From positions 66,931 through 130,930 of IMG/VR virus record IMGVR_UViG_3300014202_001521: 64,000 nucleotides of DNA; one strand, 5' to 3'. Source of the DNA: a virus. The first letter of the stretch is position 1. Each line of letters begins with the position of its first letter. The notes beneath the pieces were generated by a model. The model was given only the letters and a program-made list of their open reading frames with translations. It was not told the origin of the DNA and did not search any database. This document shows positions 48,901 through 59,837 of this stretch, in pieces. Position numbers and translations under genes: made by a program.

Positions 48901-50541
48901 ATGAGTGAATATAGATGGCTAACAGACCTTTCTCGACAGTTTTTAGAGAGGGATTACCTAGTAAATGGTCAAACTGTAGAAGATAGAATTGATGTAATAT
49001 GCACTACTGCTGAGCGGATATTGAATAAGCCTGGGTTCGCTCAAGCATTTGAGCGTAACTTAAAGAAGGGCTGGTATTCCCTTAGCAGTCCGATATGGTC
49101 TAATTTTGGTACAAAGCGTGGTCTACCCATCAGTTGCTTCGGTTCAATGATCGAAGATACGATGGAGAACATCCTCTATACTCACGCCGAAGTTGGCATG
49201 ATGACCAAACACGGTGGCGGCACCTCTGCGTACTTTGGGAAGCTTCGTGGACGTGGCGAGCCTATTAAGAACAATGGAGAAAGCTCAGGCTCCGTCCACT
49301 TTATGTCCTTGTTTGAGAATCTAATTAATATCGTCAGCCAAGGAACCACAAGGCGAGGTAATTTCGCCGCGTATCTCCCAATTGACCACAAAGACATTCC
49401 TGAATTTCTTGGAATCAGAAGCGAAGGCCATATGATTCAAGATTTGTCGTTTGGGGTATGTGTGCATGATGCCTGGATGGAAGAAATGATCGCAGGCGAT
49501 GCTGAGAAACGAAAGATATGGGCTAAAGTCCTAGAAAGCCGAACCAACAAAGGATACCCATACCTATTCTTTACAGACAATGTAAATAAGAATAAGCCAG
49601 ATTGCTACAGAGATTTTCTTATTACGCATTCCAATCTCTGTACGGAGATTATGCTTCCTGACACAGTAGATGAATCATTCGTCTGTGACCTTTCCAGCAT
49701 GAATATTCTCTATTTCGATGAATGGAAAGACACCAATGCAATCGAACTATTAGTCTACTTTCTTGACGCTGTAATGACCGAATTTATTGACAAGGCCAAG
49801 AAGGTTGACTTCATGCAGCGACCTGTTCGTTTTGCAGAGAGACACCGCGCACTTGGTATTGGCTGGCTTGGTTATCACAGCTATCTACAGAGTAAGATGA
49901 TTCCATTTGAAAGCATGGAAGCGAAGTACGCTAACGTCACTATCGCCAAGAACATGAAGGAAGCTGCCTACAAAGCTTCTGCAAAGATGGCTGAAGAATA
50001 TGGTGAGCCAGAAGTCTTGAAGGGCTACGGTCGCAGGAACTCTACATTATTGGCTATTGCGCCAACAAAATCTTCGGCGTTCATCATGGGTCAGGTTTCA
50101 GAGAATACAGAGCCTAATCGTGCCAATATTGTCATTAAGGATTTGCAGAAGGGTAAGTACACAATGAAAAACACTTACCTTGAGGCTTTGCTTGAAAGCA
50201 AGGGTAAGAACGATGAATCAACGTGGTCCAGCATATTGAAAAACTCTGGCAGTGTTCAACACTTAGATTTCCTTACTGACCATGAGAAGGCTGTATTTAA
50301 GACTTTCGCTGAGATTACGCCTAGAGAGATTATCATTCAGGCGGCTCAGCGTCAGAAATACATAGATCAGGCACAATCTATTAACATAATGATTCATCCA
50401 TCTATACCAATTAAGGATGTGAATGCTTTGATTATAGAAGGGTGGCAAATGGGTATCAAGAGTTTCTACTACCAATACTCAGTCAATGCCGCCCAAAATT
50501 TTGCTAGAAATATATTAGCGTGTTCTAGTTGTGAGGCTTAG
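48901..50541 (+). CDS. nrdA: Ribonucleotide reductase class Ia alpha subunit
   Basis: ISCF, SNLCTE, IAPTKSS, C-terminal CSSCEA. Confidence 0.95.
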   Translation: MSEYRWLTDLSRQFLERDYLVNGQTVEDRIDVICTTAERILNKPGFAQAFERNLKKGWYSLSSPIWSNFGTKRGLPISCFGSMIEDTMENILYTHAEVGMMTKHGGGTSAYFGKLRGRGEPIKNNGESSGSVHFMSLFENLINIVSQGTTRRGNFAAYLPIDHKDIPEFLGIRSEGHMIQDLSFGVCVHDAWMEEMIAGDAEKRKIWAKVLESRTNKGYPYLFFTDNVNKNKPDCYRDFLITHSNLCTEIMLPDTVDESFVCDLSSMNILYFDEWKDTNAIELLVYFLDAVMTEFIDKAKKVDFMQRPVRFAERHRALGIGWLGYHSYLQSKMIPFESMEAKYANVTIAKNMKEAAYKASAKMAEEYGEPEVLKGYGRRNSTLLAIAPTKSSAFIMGQVSENTEPNRANIVIKDLQKGKYTMKNTYLEALLESKGKNDESTWSSILKNSGSVQHLDFLTDHEKAVFKTFAEITPREIIIQAAQRQKYIDQAQSINIMIHPSIPIKDVNALIIEGWQMGIKSFYYQYSVNAAQNFARNILACSSCEA

Positions 50542-51183
50542 AGTAGTTTTGATATTGGAATTATTTACATGATTGATTATTCTGTCTTGCAGAAACATTT
50601 TGGTGTCAACAATGCCGAGGCAGCAGCGAAGTTGTTGTTCCGCTGCGTAGGATCAAACGCGGAATCTCACGTTAAGGGTGTCTCTGCGGAAATCTATGGC
50701 GAGGCTGATCTGTCTAGCTATTTTGATCTTATAAAAGCTGGCGATAACGACAAAGGTAAAAGGTACGATTATGAGATTTTCATTAAGGGTTGAAACTAAG
50801 GTTGCTAACGTTAAGGGTGAAACTAATATAGGTTTTAGGGACAGCCGTACAATCGTACTATCAAATGGGGAGCTTATCAAATCTAGCAAATTAAGAAATG
50901 TTTTAAATGAAGGGTTTGATGTATTGCAAATTTGTCTCTGCAATATTACTGGTAGTTGGGAAGACTTTGCTTATGTCTTATCCAAGGACTTGCCGCTACA
51001 CGAAATCAATAATATGAATTTAAGATATTATAAACATTTGAGTGAGGCGGCTAAAAAAGAGTTAGAACACAATTACTTTAAATCTATTGTCAAATATCAA
51101 GATTGCAAGTTGACAGATAAGGCAGAATTGGCTAGTATGTTAATATCAAAGAATATTCAAATAGAAAAGGACAGGTACTTCTA

Positions 51184-52272
51184 ATGGTTATGAATGATAC
51201 ATATTTGAATCAAAAATTCAATATCTATTGTGGTGACAGTAAGGACTTGGTAAAAGAAATTGAATTAGTTCATTGTGTTGTTACTTCACCACCGTATTTT
51301 CAAAAGCGACAATATGGTGAAAGTGAGAAGGAAATAGGCAATGAAGACAATATTAATTTCTATGTAAATGCTCTTTGTGATTTGTTTGATTCTATTAATC
51401 TTCATCCACAAGGAAATATTTGGGTTAATATTGGAGATAAGCGCAACAAAGATGGCGGATTGTTGATGGTGCCTGAACAGTTTGCTCTAGCCATGATTGC
51501 TCGTAAGTGGCGACTGGTTGATAACGTCATATGGGCCAAAGTGTTCGATGAGGTTAATGGAGAAACAGAAGGCCATTGTATGATCGAGCCAGCCACCAAA
51601 CGGCTGAATGGTAATGGTTGGGAGTATTTCTATCGCTTTACCAAGAGTAAAGATGCTTATTGCGATCATTGTGCTGTAAGGATTCCTCGTCATGGTGGGG
51701 AGCATATAAGATATATGCCCAAAGAGCTTATGGAACTAGAAACATCTACAGATGGCAGGGTTGCTCACAATGTATGGAAAGTCCATATGGGACAAACCAG
51801 TAAGAAGCACTATGCAGTGTTCCCGACACAGCTATGCGAAAGACCTATTGCCATGACCTGTCCGATGCGAGTCAAAGCTAATGGTGATCCTATTGAACGT
51901 ATCGTAGAAATGGTAGAATATGATGAAGGCAGAAATGCCAAACGAGTTTTTGGCAAATACAAAAGTCTAGGCAATGAATATGATGAGGAACAGAGCAAAG
52001 CAATTACTGGAAGAGTAGATAGTGGTAAACAATATATACCTAGAAAACCAGCCACCAAAGGATGGACAAAGGCTGATGATTATGCTGCTGGGATAGTTTT
52101 AGACCCATTTTGTGGAACTGGAACTACTGGCGAGGTGGCCTTGAAACTTGGTAGATCATTCATAGGAATAGACCTCTATGAGGAGTTCCAAAAAATTGCT
52201 TACGACAGATGTAAAGATGTTTTTACCAACTTGAATAAACAAAAGTTAAATCCTTGGGAACTAGAAAAATAA
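51184..52272 (+). CDS. DNA amino-methyltransferase (N4-C/N6-A, beta class)
   Basis: VTSPPYF, HYAVFP, VLDPFCGTGTT. Confidence 0.9.
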   Translation: MVMNDTYLNQKFNIYCGDSKDLVKEIELVHCVVTSPPYFQKRQYGESEKEIGNEDNINFYVNALCDLFDSINLHPQGNIWVNIGDKRNKDGGLLMVPEQFALAMIARKWRLVDNVIWAKVFDEVNGETEGHCMIEPATKRLNGNGWEYFYRFTKSKDAYCDHCAVRIPRHGGEHIRYMPKELMELETSTDGRVAHNVWKVHMGQTSKKHYAVFPTQLCERPIAMTCPMRVKANGDPIERIVEMVEYDEGRNAKRVFGKYKSLGNEYDEEQSKAITGRVDSGKQYIPRKPATKGWTKADDYAAGIVLDPFCGTGTTGEVALKLGRSFIGIDLYEEFQKIAYDRCKDVFTNLNKQKLNPWELEK

Positions 52273-52619
52273 ATATTGACAAAAGTTGATTTATTAGCTA
52301 GCTTGTGGTTAAGGAGATATCAATGTATTCATTATTAGGAATCGGGTCAATTTTTGTGCTAGATGGCACCCATCATCGTATCACTGCGGTTGAGAGCGAC
52401 GAAAATGATGTGCAGCAAGTGTTTGAATATGATTTTAGGCATCGTGTTTATGCTGAAGATTTATATGCATCACTGGATGGAGAATAATTTATGGATTACT
52501 TAACTTTGTATATTAAAAGTCTCGCTGAGATAAACTTGTTAGTATCTCGGCGGCGTGGTATTAAACGTGCCATTGCTCGGTCAAAAAAACTTGGAAAATT
52601 AGCTGGTGTTTTATAACAG

Positions 52620-52653
52620 AAAAAGGCGAGTCTTTAAAGACTCGCCTTTTTTT
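52620..52653. terminator. Bidirectional intrinsic terminator
   Basis: AAAAGGCGAGTCTT-TA-AAGACTCGCCTTTTTTT between convergent genes. Confidence 0.88.
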
Positions 52654-52662
52654 AATTTCTTT

Positions 52663-53424
52663 TTATTCTACAAATGTCGCTGTCCAGAAATCATCTGCTA
52701 ATTGCATATTGCACAAATATGCGTATGGCATGTAGCAATAACCTTTATCACCCCACATGCCCCAACTATTGCGGACTATGAATCTTTGTTTAGTATCATC
52801 ATAGCCAACAATCATGATCGCGTGGCCACCAAGCATTCTTTCACTGCGGGCAGGCATTGGAACCATGCCAGTGCGGGCGACCGCTGGAGTTTCAAATGAA
52901 CTATAAACCGCAAACCCACCCACAATTGGAAAACCATTTGCAAGGCAGGATCGCATGTCTTCCAATCGGGAATTGTTTACGCGAGTATAACGCAAAACTT
53001 GATAATTCAATCCATCTTTGTAGACATTTGCATTTGGCTTAACTGCGAACTTTTTGATATCATACCACCAGAGATTTTCATTCGGATTGCCCAACTGAGA
53101 TACTACTTTGAAACCACTTCTGATGGTAGCACCTGCGTCTACTCTCACAGTGCCTTCCAAAACTCTCTCATTGTAATAAATGAACAATCTCGATGGAGTA
53201 AATGTCGTTTGGTTTTGTTTCTTCTTCAAGTATTCAACTAACCCAGCAATAGCTTGGGCTGTGCAAGACCCTAAACTACCCTGATCGTAAACCTTTGGGC
53301 AGCCAGGTCTTAAGTCAATTAATGGTGGTGATGCCGCCAATGTCATAGGTGGCGCATAATGGAAATCTCTAAAGTCGGGTACGCTATTCTTCCAGCCGTA
53401 ACCCTTTTTTGTTACTTTGCTCAT
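52663..53424 (-). CDS. Papain-family (C1A) cysteine peptidase
   Basis: DQGSLGSCT, GGHAI, RNSWG. Confidence 0.93.
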   Translation of the reverse strand: MSKVTKKGYGWKNSVPDFRDFHYAPPMTLAASPPLIDLRPGCPKVYDQGSLGSCTAQAIAGLVEYLKKKQNQTTFTPSRLFIYYNERVLEGTVRVDAGATIRSGFKVVSQLGNPNENLWWYDIKKFAVKPNANVYKDGLNYQVLRYTRVNNSRLEDMRSCLANGFPIVGGFAVYSSFETPAVARTGMVPMPARSERMLGGHAIMIVGYDDTKQRFIVRNSWGMWGDKGYCYMPYAYLCNMQLADDFWTATFVE

Positions 53425-53453
53425 ACAATAATTATAGTTTGTTTTGGGGATTT

Positions 53454-54110
53454 ATGAATAAAATAACATGTGGTAATTGTATAGAATTAATGAAAGCAAT
53501 GGATGCCGATTCTGTAGAAATGACTCTAACGGACATCCCTTACGATGTTGTTAACCGTGACTCAAATGGGATTAGAAACTTCGATAAGACTGATGCCGAT
53601 GAGAAGACGTTTAATTTGGATGTTTTTGTTGCGGAAGTGGCAAGAGTGACAAAAGGAAGTGTTTACATCTTTTGCTCAACTGAACAGGTAAGTTTCTTGA
53701 GAGCAGAACTAATCAAATATGGATTGTCAACAAGGCTATGTATATGGGAAAAAACGAACCCAAGCCCTGTAAATGGGCAATATATATGGCTTTCTGGCGT
53801 GGAATGCTGTGTTTATGGCAAAAAGAAGAAAGCGGCGTTCAATGAACACTGCAAAAACACAGTATGGCGTTATCCAGTGGTAAGAAAACAATTGCATCCT
53901 ACACAGAAACCACTTGATCTATTTCGCTATCTTGTTAAAGTAAGTAGCAATCAGGGAGATACTGTTTTCGATCCATGTGTCGGTAGTGGGACTACTCCGC
54001 TGGCGGCAGCACTGGAAGGGCGTAAATACATCGCTTTTGATCTTAGTGAAGAATATGTGGCAATAGCTAAAAAGCGCATTGAGGAAACTCAATTAGTGCA
54101 TGAAGTATAA
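53454..54110 (+). CDS. DNA amino-methyltransferase (N6_N4 family)
   Basis: TDIPY, HPTQKP, VFDPCVGSGTT. Confidence 0.88.
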   Translation: MNKITCGNCIELMKAMDADSVEMTLTDIPYDVVNRDSNGIRNFDKTDADEKTFNLDVFVAEVARVTKGSVYIFCSTEQVSFLRAELIKYGLSTRLCIWEKTNPSPVNGQYIWLSGVECCVYGKKKKAAFNEHCKNTVWRYPVVRKQLHPTQKPLDLFRYLVKVSSNQGDTVFDPCVGSGTTPLAAALEGRKYIAFDLSEEYVAIAKKRIEETQLVHEV

Positions 54111-54341
54111 TTCAATTTGTTGCATTTGCGGTCGAAAAACCCCTGAATGCGAAAGCATCTCAGAGCATGGCTACATGAAAAATAAGTTAGGGTTTTCGGA
54201 AGTTACTATTATAAGCGGTTATTATCCTAATGGATATCATTATTCAATACGCAAGATAGATTTTTGCCCTTCTTGTTCCAAGAAATCTTATACGATAGAG
54301 GATTTAAAGACTATCGGCAACTACAATCAGTGGAGCTACTG

Positions 54342-55982
54342 ATGGCAAAGTATATTGCAATTTTAGGTGGTGTAATTAGTGGCACTGGAAAGGGTATTTC
54401 CGCTGCTTCTATTGGTTTTCTATTGAGTTTGCGTGGTCATAAGGTTCAACCTATTAAGTTTGATCCTTATTTCAACACAAACGCAGGAGTCCTTGCACCT
54501 AGAGAACATGGCGAAGTGTTCCTCTGCGATGACGGCAGCGAAACGGATTTAGATTTAGGACACTACGAACGTATTATTGGCGTACCAGTTTCAGGCAAGA
54601 ATATCATGACCAGCGGTACGCTCTACAAGGAACTTCTCAATGAAGAAGAAGAGGGTAAATATCTTGGTCAGACTGTCCAGGTTATTCCACATCTTACAGA
54701 TAAAATACAAGCCCGTCTAACCGAATTAGGAAAGGACACAGAAATTGTAATTTGTGAGATTGGTGGCACCGTTGGCGACCTGGAAAGCGGCCCCTACCTA
54801 GAAGCTATACGCCAATTCAAACAAAAGAATTGGGACGATGTTTTGATTATGTTGGTTGGCCCTATTCTATGGATTCCAACAATCAAAGAGTTTAAGACCA
54901 AACCACTGCAAAACAGTGTCAAGGAAATGCAGTCATTCGGCTTGCAGCCTGATATATTGCTTTGCCGTATTGATCGTGAAATGCCAACGAAGATGTTAGA
55001 CAAAATCGCCAATCTAACCAATGTGCCCCGTGAAGCGGTCTTTGATGCTCCTGACGTTAAGACCATTTACCAAGTCCCAATCGAGTTTTATAACCGTCAT
55101 ATTGACGACCTTATCGCTGATAAGTTCCACTTAAAGCGTAATGGCTGTCGCATCCACAAGTATCGTGAGCTAGTAGAAAAGTATGTAGATCATGAGGATA
55201 TGCCTGTAGTGACCATAGCCATTGTAGGCAAGTATGATAACTGCGACGAAGCTTATCTTTCTCTAAAAGAAGCTGTTTATCATGCTGCGGTCGAACATGA
55301 AGTAAGGGCCGATATCAAGTGGATTAATGCCAAAGAACTTGAGCAAGCCAAGGATATGCGTGGTGTATGGAAGTATTTCGAAGACGTGGATGGCGTAATC
55401 GTTCCAGGTGGATTTGATTCATCTGGCGTCGAGGGTAAGATTCGTGCCATTAAGTATGTCCGCGAGAAAAAGATTCCTTTCCTGGGCATTTGTTTAGGTT
55501 TGCAATGTGCTGTTATTGAAATTGCTCGCAATCTGTGCCACTTGGAAGGTGCCAATAGCGTTGAGTTCGATAAAGAAACCAAGCATCCTGTTATTCACTT
55601 TGTAGAAGGGCAGGAGAAGATTAGGAAGAAGTCAGGGACAATGAGGTTGGGTGCTTTTGATTGTGAATTAGTCAAGGGCAGTATTATACATGAATTGTAT
55701 AAGAAGTCTTTAATTAGTGAAAGACACCGCCATCGTTATGAAGTTAATTCTGAGTATGTTAGTTCTCTTGAGAAAGCACAATTTATAACTTCTGGAGTAA
55801 ATCCTGACACCAAGTTAATTGAAATGATGGAGTTAGAGCGTGGTACTAATCAGTTCTTCGTAGCTACCCAGGCTCACCCTGAGTTTAAGAGTAGATTAGG
55901 GAGTCCTGCCCCACTGTTTATTGGTTTAATTCAGGCGGCTATTAAATCAAAAGGCGAAAAAGCTCCTGCTAATACTACATAA
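54342..55982 (+). CDS. pyrG: CTP synthase
   Basis: GGVISGTGKG, DLDLGHYER, EIGGTVGD, KTKPLQ, GICLG, HRHRYE, QAHPE. Confidence 0.97.
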   Translation: MAKYIAILGGVISGTGKGISAASIGFLLSLRGHKVQPIKFDPYFNTNAGVLAPREHGEVFLCDDGSETDLDLGHYERIIGVPVSGKNIMTSGTLYKELLNEEEEGKYLGQTVQVIPHLTDKIQARLTELGKDTEIVICEIGGTVGDLESGPYLEAIRQFKQKNWDDVLIMLVGPILWIPTIKEFKTKPLQNSVKEMQSFGLQPDILLCRIDREMPTKMLDKIANLTNVPREAVFDAPDVKTIYQVPIEFYNRHIDDLIADKFHLKRNGCRIHKYRELVEKYVDHEDMPVVTIAIVGKYDNCDEAYLSLKEAVYHAAVEHEVRADIKWINAKELEQAKDMRGVWKYFEDVDGVIVPGGFDSSGVEGKIRAIKYVREKKIPFLGICLGLQCAVIEIARNLCHLEGANSVEFDKETKHPVIHFVEGQEKIRKKSGTMRLGAFDCELVKGSIIHELYKKSLISERHRHRYEVNSEYVSSLEKAQFITSGVNPDTKLIEMMELERGTNQFFVATQAHPEFKSRLGSPAPLFIGLIQAAIKSKGEKAPANTT

Positions 55983-56004
55983 TTGTAGTTTTAGAAAGGG
56001 AATT

Positions 56005-56472
56005 ATGGAGTTTAAGAATTTTTTGCTTACAGAACAGAAAGGTTATCTAGCTCATAAGGTTAATGATGTATTAACTGGCATCCACGAATTGCTTGCGGCA
56101 AAGAAGCAAATGGGTGCAAAACAGATGGTTAGAAACGCGGAAGACGTTGCGAACCAGATTCGCAAAATTCTTCATTCAGCTTGGCCACGCTCGGAACATA
56201 AGTATTTAAAGGTCTTGCAACAATGTGGAGTTGCACTGATGAAAGCCATTGAGGACAAAGGCGACTTGCCCGACGTGTTTAATAGCGTAAGATCAGAGTT
56301 GGAAAAGCTGAGTCACAGGTTCCGAGTTCCAGCGAACAAGCTAGGCACAGGCAAGGAAGACACGCCAAAGCGTCCAGAAGGCCCACCACCTGGACAGGAA
56401 CAGGCACCGCTGCCTCCGACACAGCAGCCAACGATGCCACAACAAGGCGGGCCACCACCAATGGGAATGTAA
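56005..56472 (+). CDS. Hypothetical protein with capsid-targeting-like N-terminus and Pro/Gln tail
   Basis: MEFKNFLLTE. Confidence 0.6.
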   Translation: MEFKNFLLTEQKGYLAHKVNDVLTGIHELLAAKKQMGAKQMVRNAEDVANQIRKILHSAWPRSEHKYLKVLQQCGVALMKAIEDKGDLPDVFNSVRSELEKLSHRFRVPANKLGTGKEDTPKRPEGPPPGQEQAPLPPTQQPTMPQQGGPPPMGM

Positions 56473-56896
56473 ATGAGAATTGCTTCTGAAGTACATAAAT
56501 TAACCGTTTTAATCGAGAGATATTGGGTTGGGTGTAAGAAACAATTTCTCCACTATGGAGATTGTGAAATATACTCAGCCCATCGCCCTTTTTGTAGCTG
56601 TGGCTTACTCCACCAACTAAGATATTTAGACTATACACTTGCAGAGATAGTTTTTCCTAGATTCACCGATGATCTATATTACCAAGATATGGGGACCAGG
56701 AAAAAGAAAAGAAACAAGAAAGAAACAGCCGAGGCCATGAAACTACTAGAAAGTGTATTTGGACCTATACAAAAGCCTAACTACGAAGACTTAAAGATGG
56801 ATTATGAAGACATGAGTAAGATTCTTAATACTGTGTTTACCAAGAAAATGTTCCCAGGTGCTTTTAGAAGATTGGATAAATGGATTGAAAAAGAAG

Positions 56897-57409
56897 TCAC
56901 TCATCAGGAATAGGCTTTTGTTCTTCATGCTCATCTTCCAAATGTTCTAACACTTCTGCAACACCTTCGCTAGTCAACTGACCCAACGTAACCGCATGAT
57001 GCAATGCTTCCAACAATTTATTTTGTGTGGCTATTAATCGCTCCAGATCAGACTGTAGTTGTCTTTGAAGTCCTTTAATCTCTTCTTCGTGTGCGATATC
57101 CTGTTCTACTAGCTCTTTTAACTCTATAAAAATAGCACGATATGCTATATCTTGTTTCTTTTCAGAACGGTTTTGGCTCATCATAATGAATGGAGCCTGA
57201 AATGCGGCGACAAAACTGAGCAATAGATTGAGTAGAATGTAGGGGTAAGGATCAAAATGGTATGGCTGGAACATCTCTAATGAATTGAATATAATCCAAC
57301 ACGCCAGTAGAGAACCGAATAGAATAATGAACTTCCACGATCCTGCAAACTCGGCTACATCATCTGCTATTCTTTCTCCGAATGTCCTATCATCATTTTT
57401 CACCACCAA
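56897..57409 (-). CDS. DUF1003 membrane protein
   Basis: ERIADDVAEFAGSW, FDPYPYILLNL.LS..AAFQAP.IMMSQNR. Confidence 0.88.
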   Translation of the reverse strand: MVVKNDDRTFGERIADDVAEFAGSWKFIILFGSLLACWIIFNSLEMFQPYHFDPYPYILLNLLLSFVAAFQAPFIMMSQNRSEKKQDIAYRAIFIELKELVEQDIAHEEEIKGLQRQLQSDLERLIATQNKLLEALHHAVTLGQLTSEGVAEVLEHLEDEHEEQKPIPDE

Positions 57410-57463
57410 TTATTTATAGATTGACAAAACTTTTTAATATTGATAATCTTACTAAATAACTTC

Positions 57464-58000
57464 ATGGATGATGATTTTATTGTGGATGACAGCTTTCTTA
57501 TGCCAAAGAAAAAAAAGATTAATACAGGCCGCAAGGGTAAGCGACGTGAGCGTGAAGTAGCCAAGATTTTCAATGAGCGATTTGGCGGCGGATTCTCGCG
57601 GTCAGTAGGCTCTGGCAACCGTTGGTCACAGGTAGCCAATTTACCAAAGCACGCGCAGGATACGTTCTCTGGCGACTTAGTGACACCAGAAAACTTTGCT
57701 TTCACGATTGAAAGCAAAGGCGGCTATGATGACATAGATTTGGTGTCTGTTTTCGACGGTGGCCATTCGCAAATTGACGAATTTTTAGAACAGGCTCAAT
57801 TCGACGCTGATAGGTGCGGTCGCAAACCTATGCTCGTCTGGAAGAAAAGCCGCAAGCCTTTATTGGGCATGATAAAAACAACCGATATTCCCCATGAAAA
57901 TTGGGAATATCGGTTGTTTTATAGAGAATGGTCTATGGTCAATCTTGAAGAACTTCTTAAGGTTGACAACGCATTCTGGTTTAAGTCGGACTCCCACTAA
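57464..58000 (+). CDS. PD-(D/E)xK nuclease, probable Holliday-junction resolvase
   Basis: KGKRRER, GDLV, IESK, LVWKK. Confidence 0.7.
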   Translation: MDDDFIVDDSFLMPKKKKINTGRKGKRREREVAKIFNERFGGGFSRSVGSGNRWSQVANLPKHAQDTFSGDLVTPENFAFTIESKGGYDDIDLVSVFDGGHSQIDEFLEQAQFDADRCGRKPMLVWKKSRKPLLGMIKTTDIPHENWEYRLFYREWSMVNLEELLKVDNAFWFKSDSH

Positions 58001-58568
58001 GCGCATCTTCCACATCAGCCTGAATTGCTTCATCGGTTTGTCTGGTGTCAGACTTTGAGCTAACAGACGTATGTTGATTTCTCTTTGGTCGATACATTGT
58101 GCGATAGTTATTCTGCCACTCGAAAATGTCATCCAAAGCAGGACGTAGGTGTGTCCTGAACTTACCTCCCCGTAGAAAGATACGAATGGCCGCGACCGTG
58201 CGACGGTAAATTTCCTCGGTGTTATTGCGCTTGTTATGACGAATGAGCCATTCCCACAGCGCCAGGCAAGGATCACCGTGGCCTTTAAATTCACGCTTAG
58301 CAACCGCTTCTACAAACGGCTGCATCTTCTTTTTGCCTTCCCATAGGATTGCCTTACCAAGTGCGCCAGCGACCGCACTACTCATAGTTTTTGGCAACAC
58401 TTCTTCAAGGTACGCGATTGTTTCGCCATAGACTCTCTTGAAGTCTTCCATGTCCCTGTCGCTTGCGGCAACGTTGTTGGCTTTGATTATGCCGTTACAT
58501 CCTTTCATCATTTGATTGGCGATACTATCGAATCTGTTGCCACGGGCGCGAGTTCGATCAGAAGACAT
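57981..58568 (-). CDS. Stand-alone paralog of the C-terminal domain of the 61419-62648 protein
   Basis: GDPCLALWEWL / IYRRTVAAI / DIFEW vs GDPAKALYLWL / YYKKALAAI / DIFEW. Confidence 0.6.
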   Translation of the reverse strand: MSSDRTRARGNRFDSIANQMMKGCNGIIKANNVAASDRDMEDFKRVYGETIAYLEEVLPKTMSSAVAGALGKAILWEGKKKMQPFVEAVAKREFKGHGDPCLALWEWLIRHNKRNNTEEIYRRTVAAIRIFLRGGKFRTHLRPALDDIFEWQNNYRTMYRPKRNQHTSVSSKSDTRQTDEAIQADVEDALSGSPT

Positions 58569-58577
58569 TAGACCCTC

Positions 58578-59837
58578 CTATTCAAAATTATCGAGTTTAT
58601 AAGTCTTGCTTGTCGCTGGGATATAGGCAGACGAGGCGTTCCTAGTCATGAACCAATGCCATCGGTCGGGAATTTGCGGAGTCACTGGACCTCCCTTGCC
58701 ATCCGTAATCAGAAATACCCCTTCTGGATAGGCTGATTTTTCGCTACGGATGATCTTCTGAATGTTCCGCTCGATAATGTCGAATGCAGTCCCGCCGCCG
58801 CCGTAGATTTTTTTGGACGCCAGACTCGTTTCCTCTACCCGCGTGTCGAAGCAGAATAATCTTACTACGAAACGATCCTTTGGCAAGGACAGCGCAGCGC
58901 GGAAAAACCGTTCCTTGTACTTTATACAAGAACCAGATGTGTCCATATACAAATGAATAGGTATACGGTCAAAGTCCTTGGATTCATCCTCCATTTCACT
59001 TGGAAGGAAAATGTCTTGTGGAAGTAGCTCAAAACGGCGGGCCATCTTAGCCCACTGTTCATGTTCATCCAATCCATCCTTCATATACTTCAAGCTCCAC
59101 TTGAAGATAACACTCTCCCATTTCTTCTTAGCGGCAACAGGTTCTACCTTAACGAAAGACCATCCCCCATAGCCACTCCCACCAACATCATCGTCTGGTG
59201 GTGGTTCTTCAAAGTGCTTCTTAATTATGTCCTTAATCGTATCTTTTTCTTCTGGAGACAGTCTACCATCAAGCTTACCAATGATCTTATCGACTTGGCC
59301 TTTCATCATGGAATGATCGTCAATCGTGAACACTTCGATCACCATTGTTTCTGGAATCTTCTGATAGTAGTATTCATATGATTCATCCGTTGGGATTTCC
59401 GCCACAGCAGGATCATCTTTGAACACAGTATCAGTCCAGCATAAAACATCTTCATCCCTGATTCGCGTGCGGTCAAATCCGAATGAGCTTACCAACAGAT
59501 GGTTTACGACAATATCCAGTGCGGTGTTGATCCGTCTTGCATCAGTGCCCTTAGTAGTGCGGGTGCCGTGGTTCAAAACGACGTGCAGACATTCGTGCGC
59601 AATTACGAACAGTCGTTCATAGGGTGTTAGATTGTTCCAATAATCAGGATTAAACAAAAACTCTACAAACTCGCCACCGTTGGCAAAACGGACGGCAGCG
59701 GTTTCAATTTCGTCAGAGAAGAATGGACGACCCATATGCCATAGTTCATAGAACAAAGCATGATGGCTTTCTAGCTCAAGACTAATTTCCATCCAATCCG
59801 CTTGGCTAATCATTAATTGACCTTCCTTAAAGGACAA
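58578..59837 (-). CDS. DUF2201-type metallopeptidase-vWA protein
   Basis: AHECLH (HExxH), MDTSGS (MIDAS), GGGT, TDG. Confidence 0.85.
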   Translation of the reverse strand: MSFKEGQLMISQADWMEISLELESHHALFYELWHMGRPFFSDEIETAAVRFANGGEFVEFLFNPDYWNNLTPYERLFVIAHECLHVVLNHGTRTTKGTDARRINTALDIVVNHLLVSSFGFDRTRIRDEDVLCWTDTVFKDDPAVAEIPTDESYEYYYQKIPETMVIEVFTIDDHSMMKGQVDKIIGKLDGRLSPEEKDTIKDIIKKHFEEPPPDDDVGGSGYGGWSFVKVEPVAAKKKWESVIFKWSLKYMKDGLDEHEQWAKMARRFELLPQDIFLPSEMEDESKDFDRIPIHLYMDTSGSCIKYKERFFRAALSLPKDRFVVRLFCFDTRVEETSLASKKIYGGGGTAFDIIERNIQKIIRSEKSAYPEGVFLITDGKGGPVTPQIPDRWHWFMTRNASSAYIPATSKTYKLDNFE

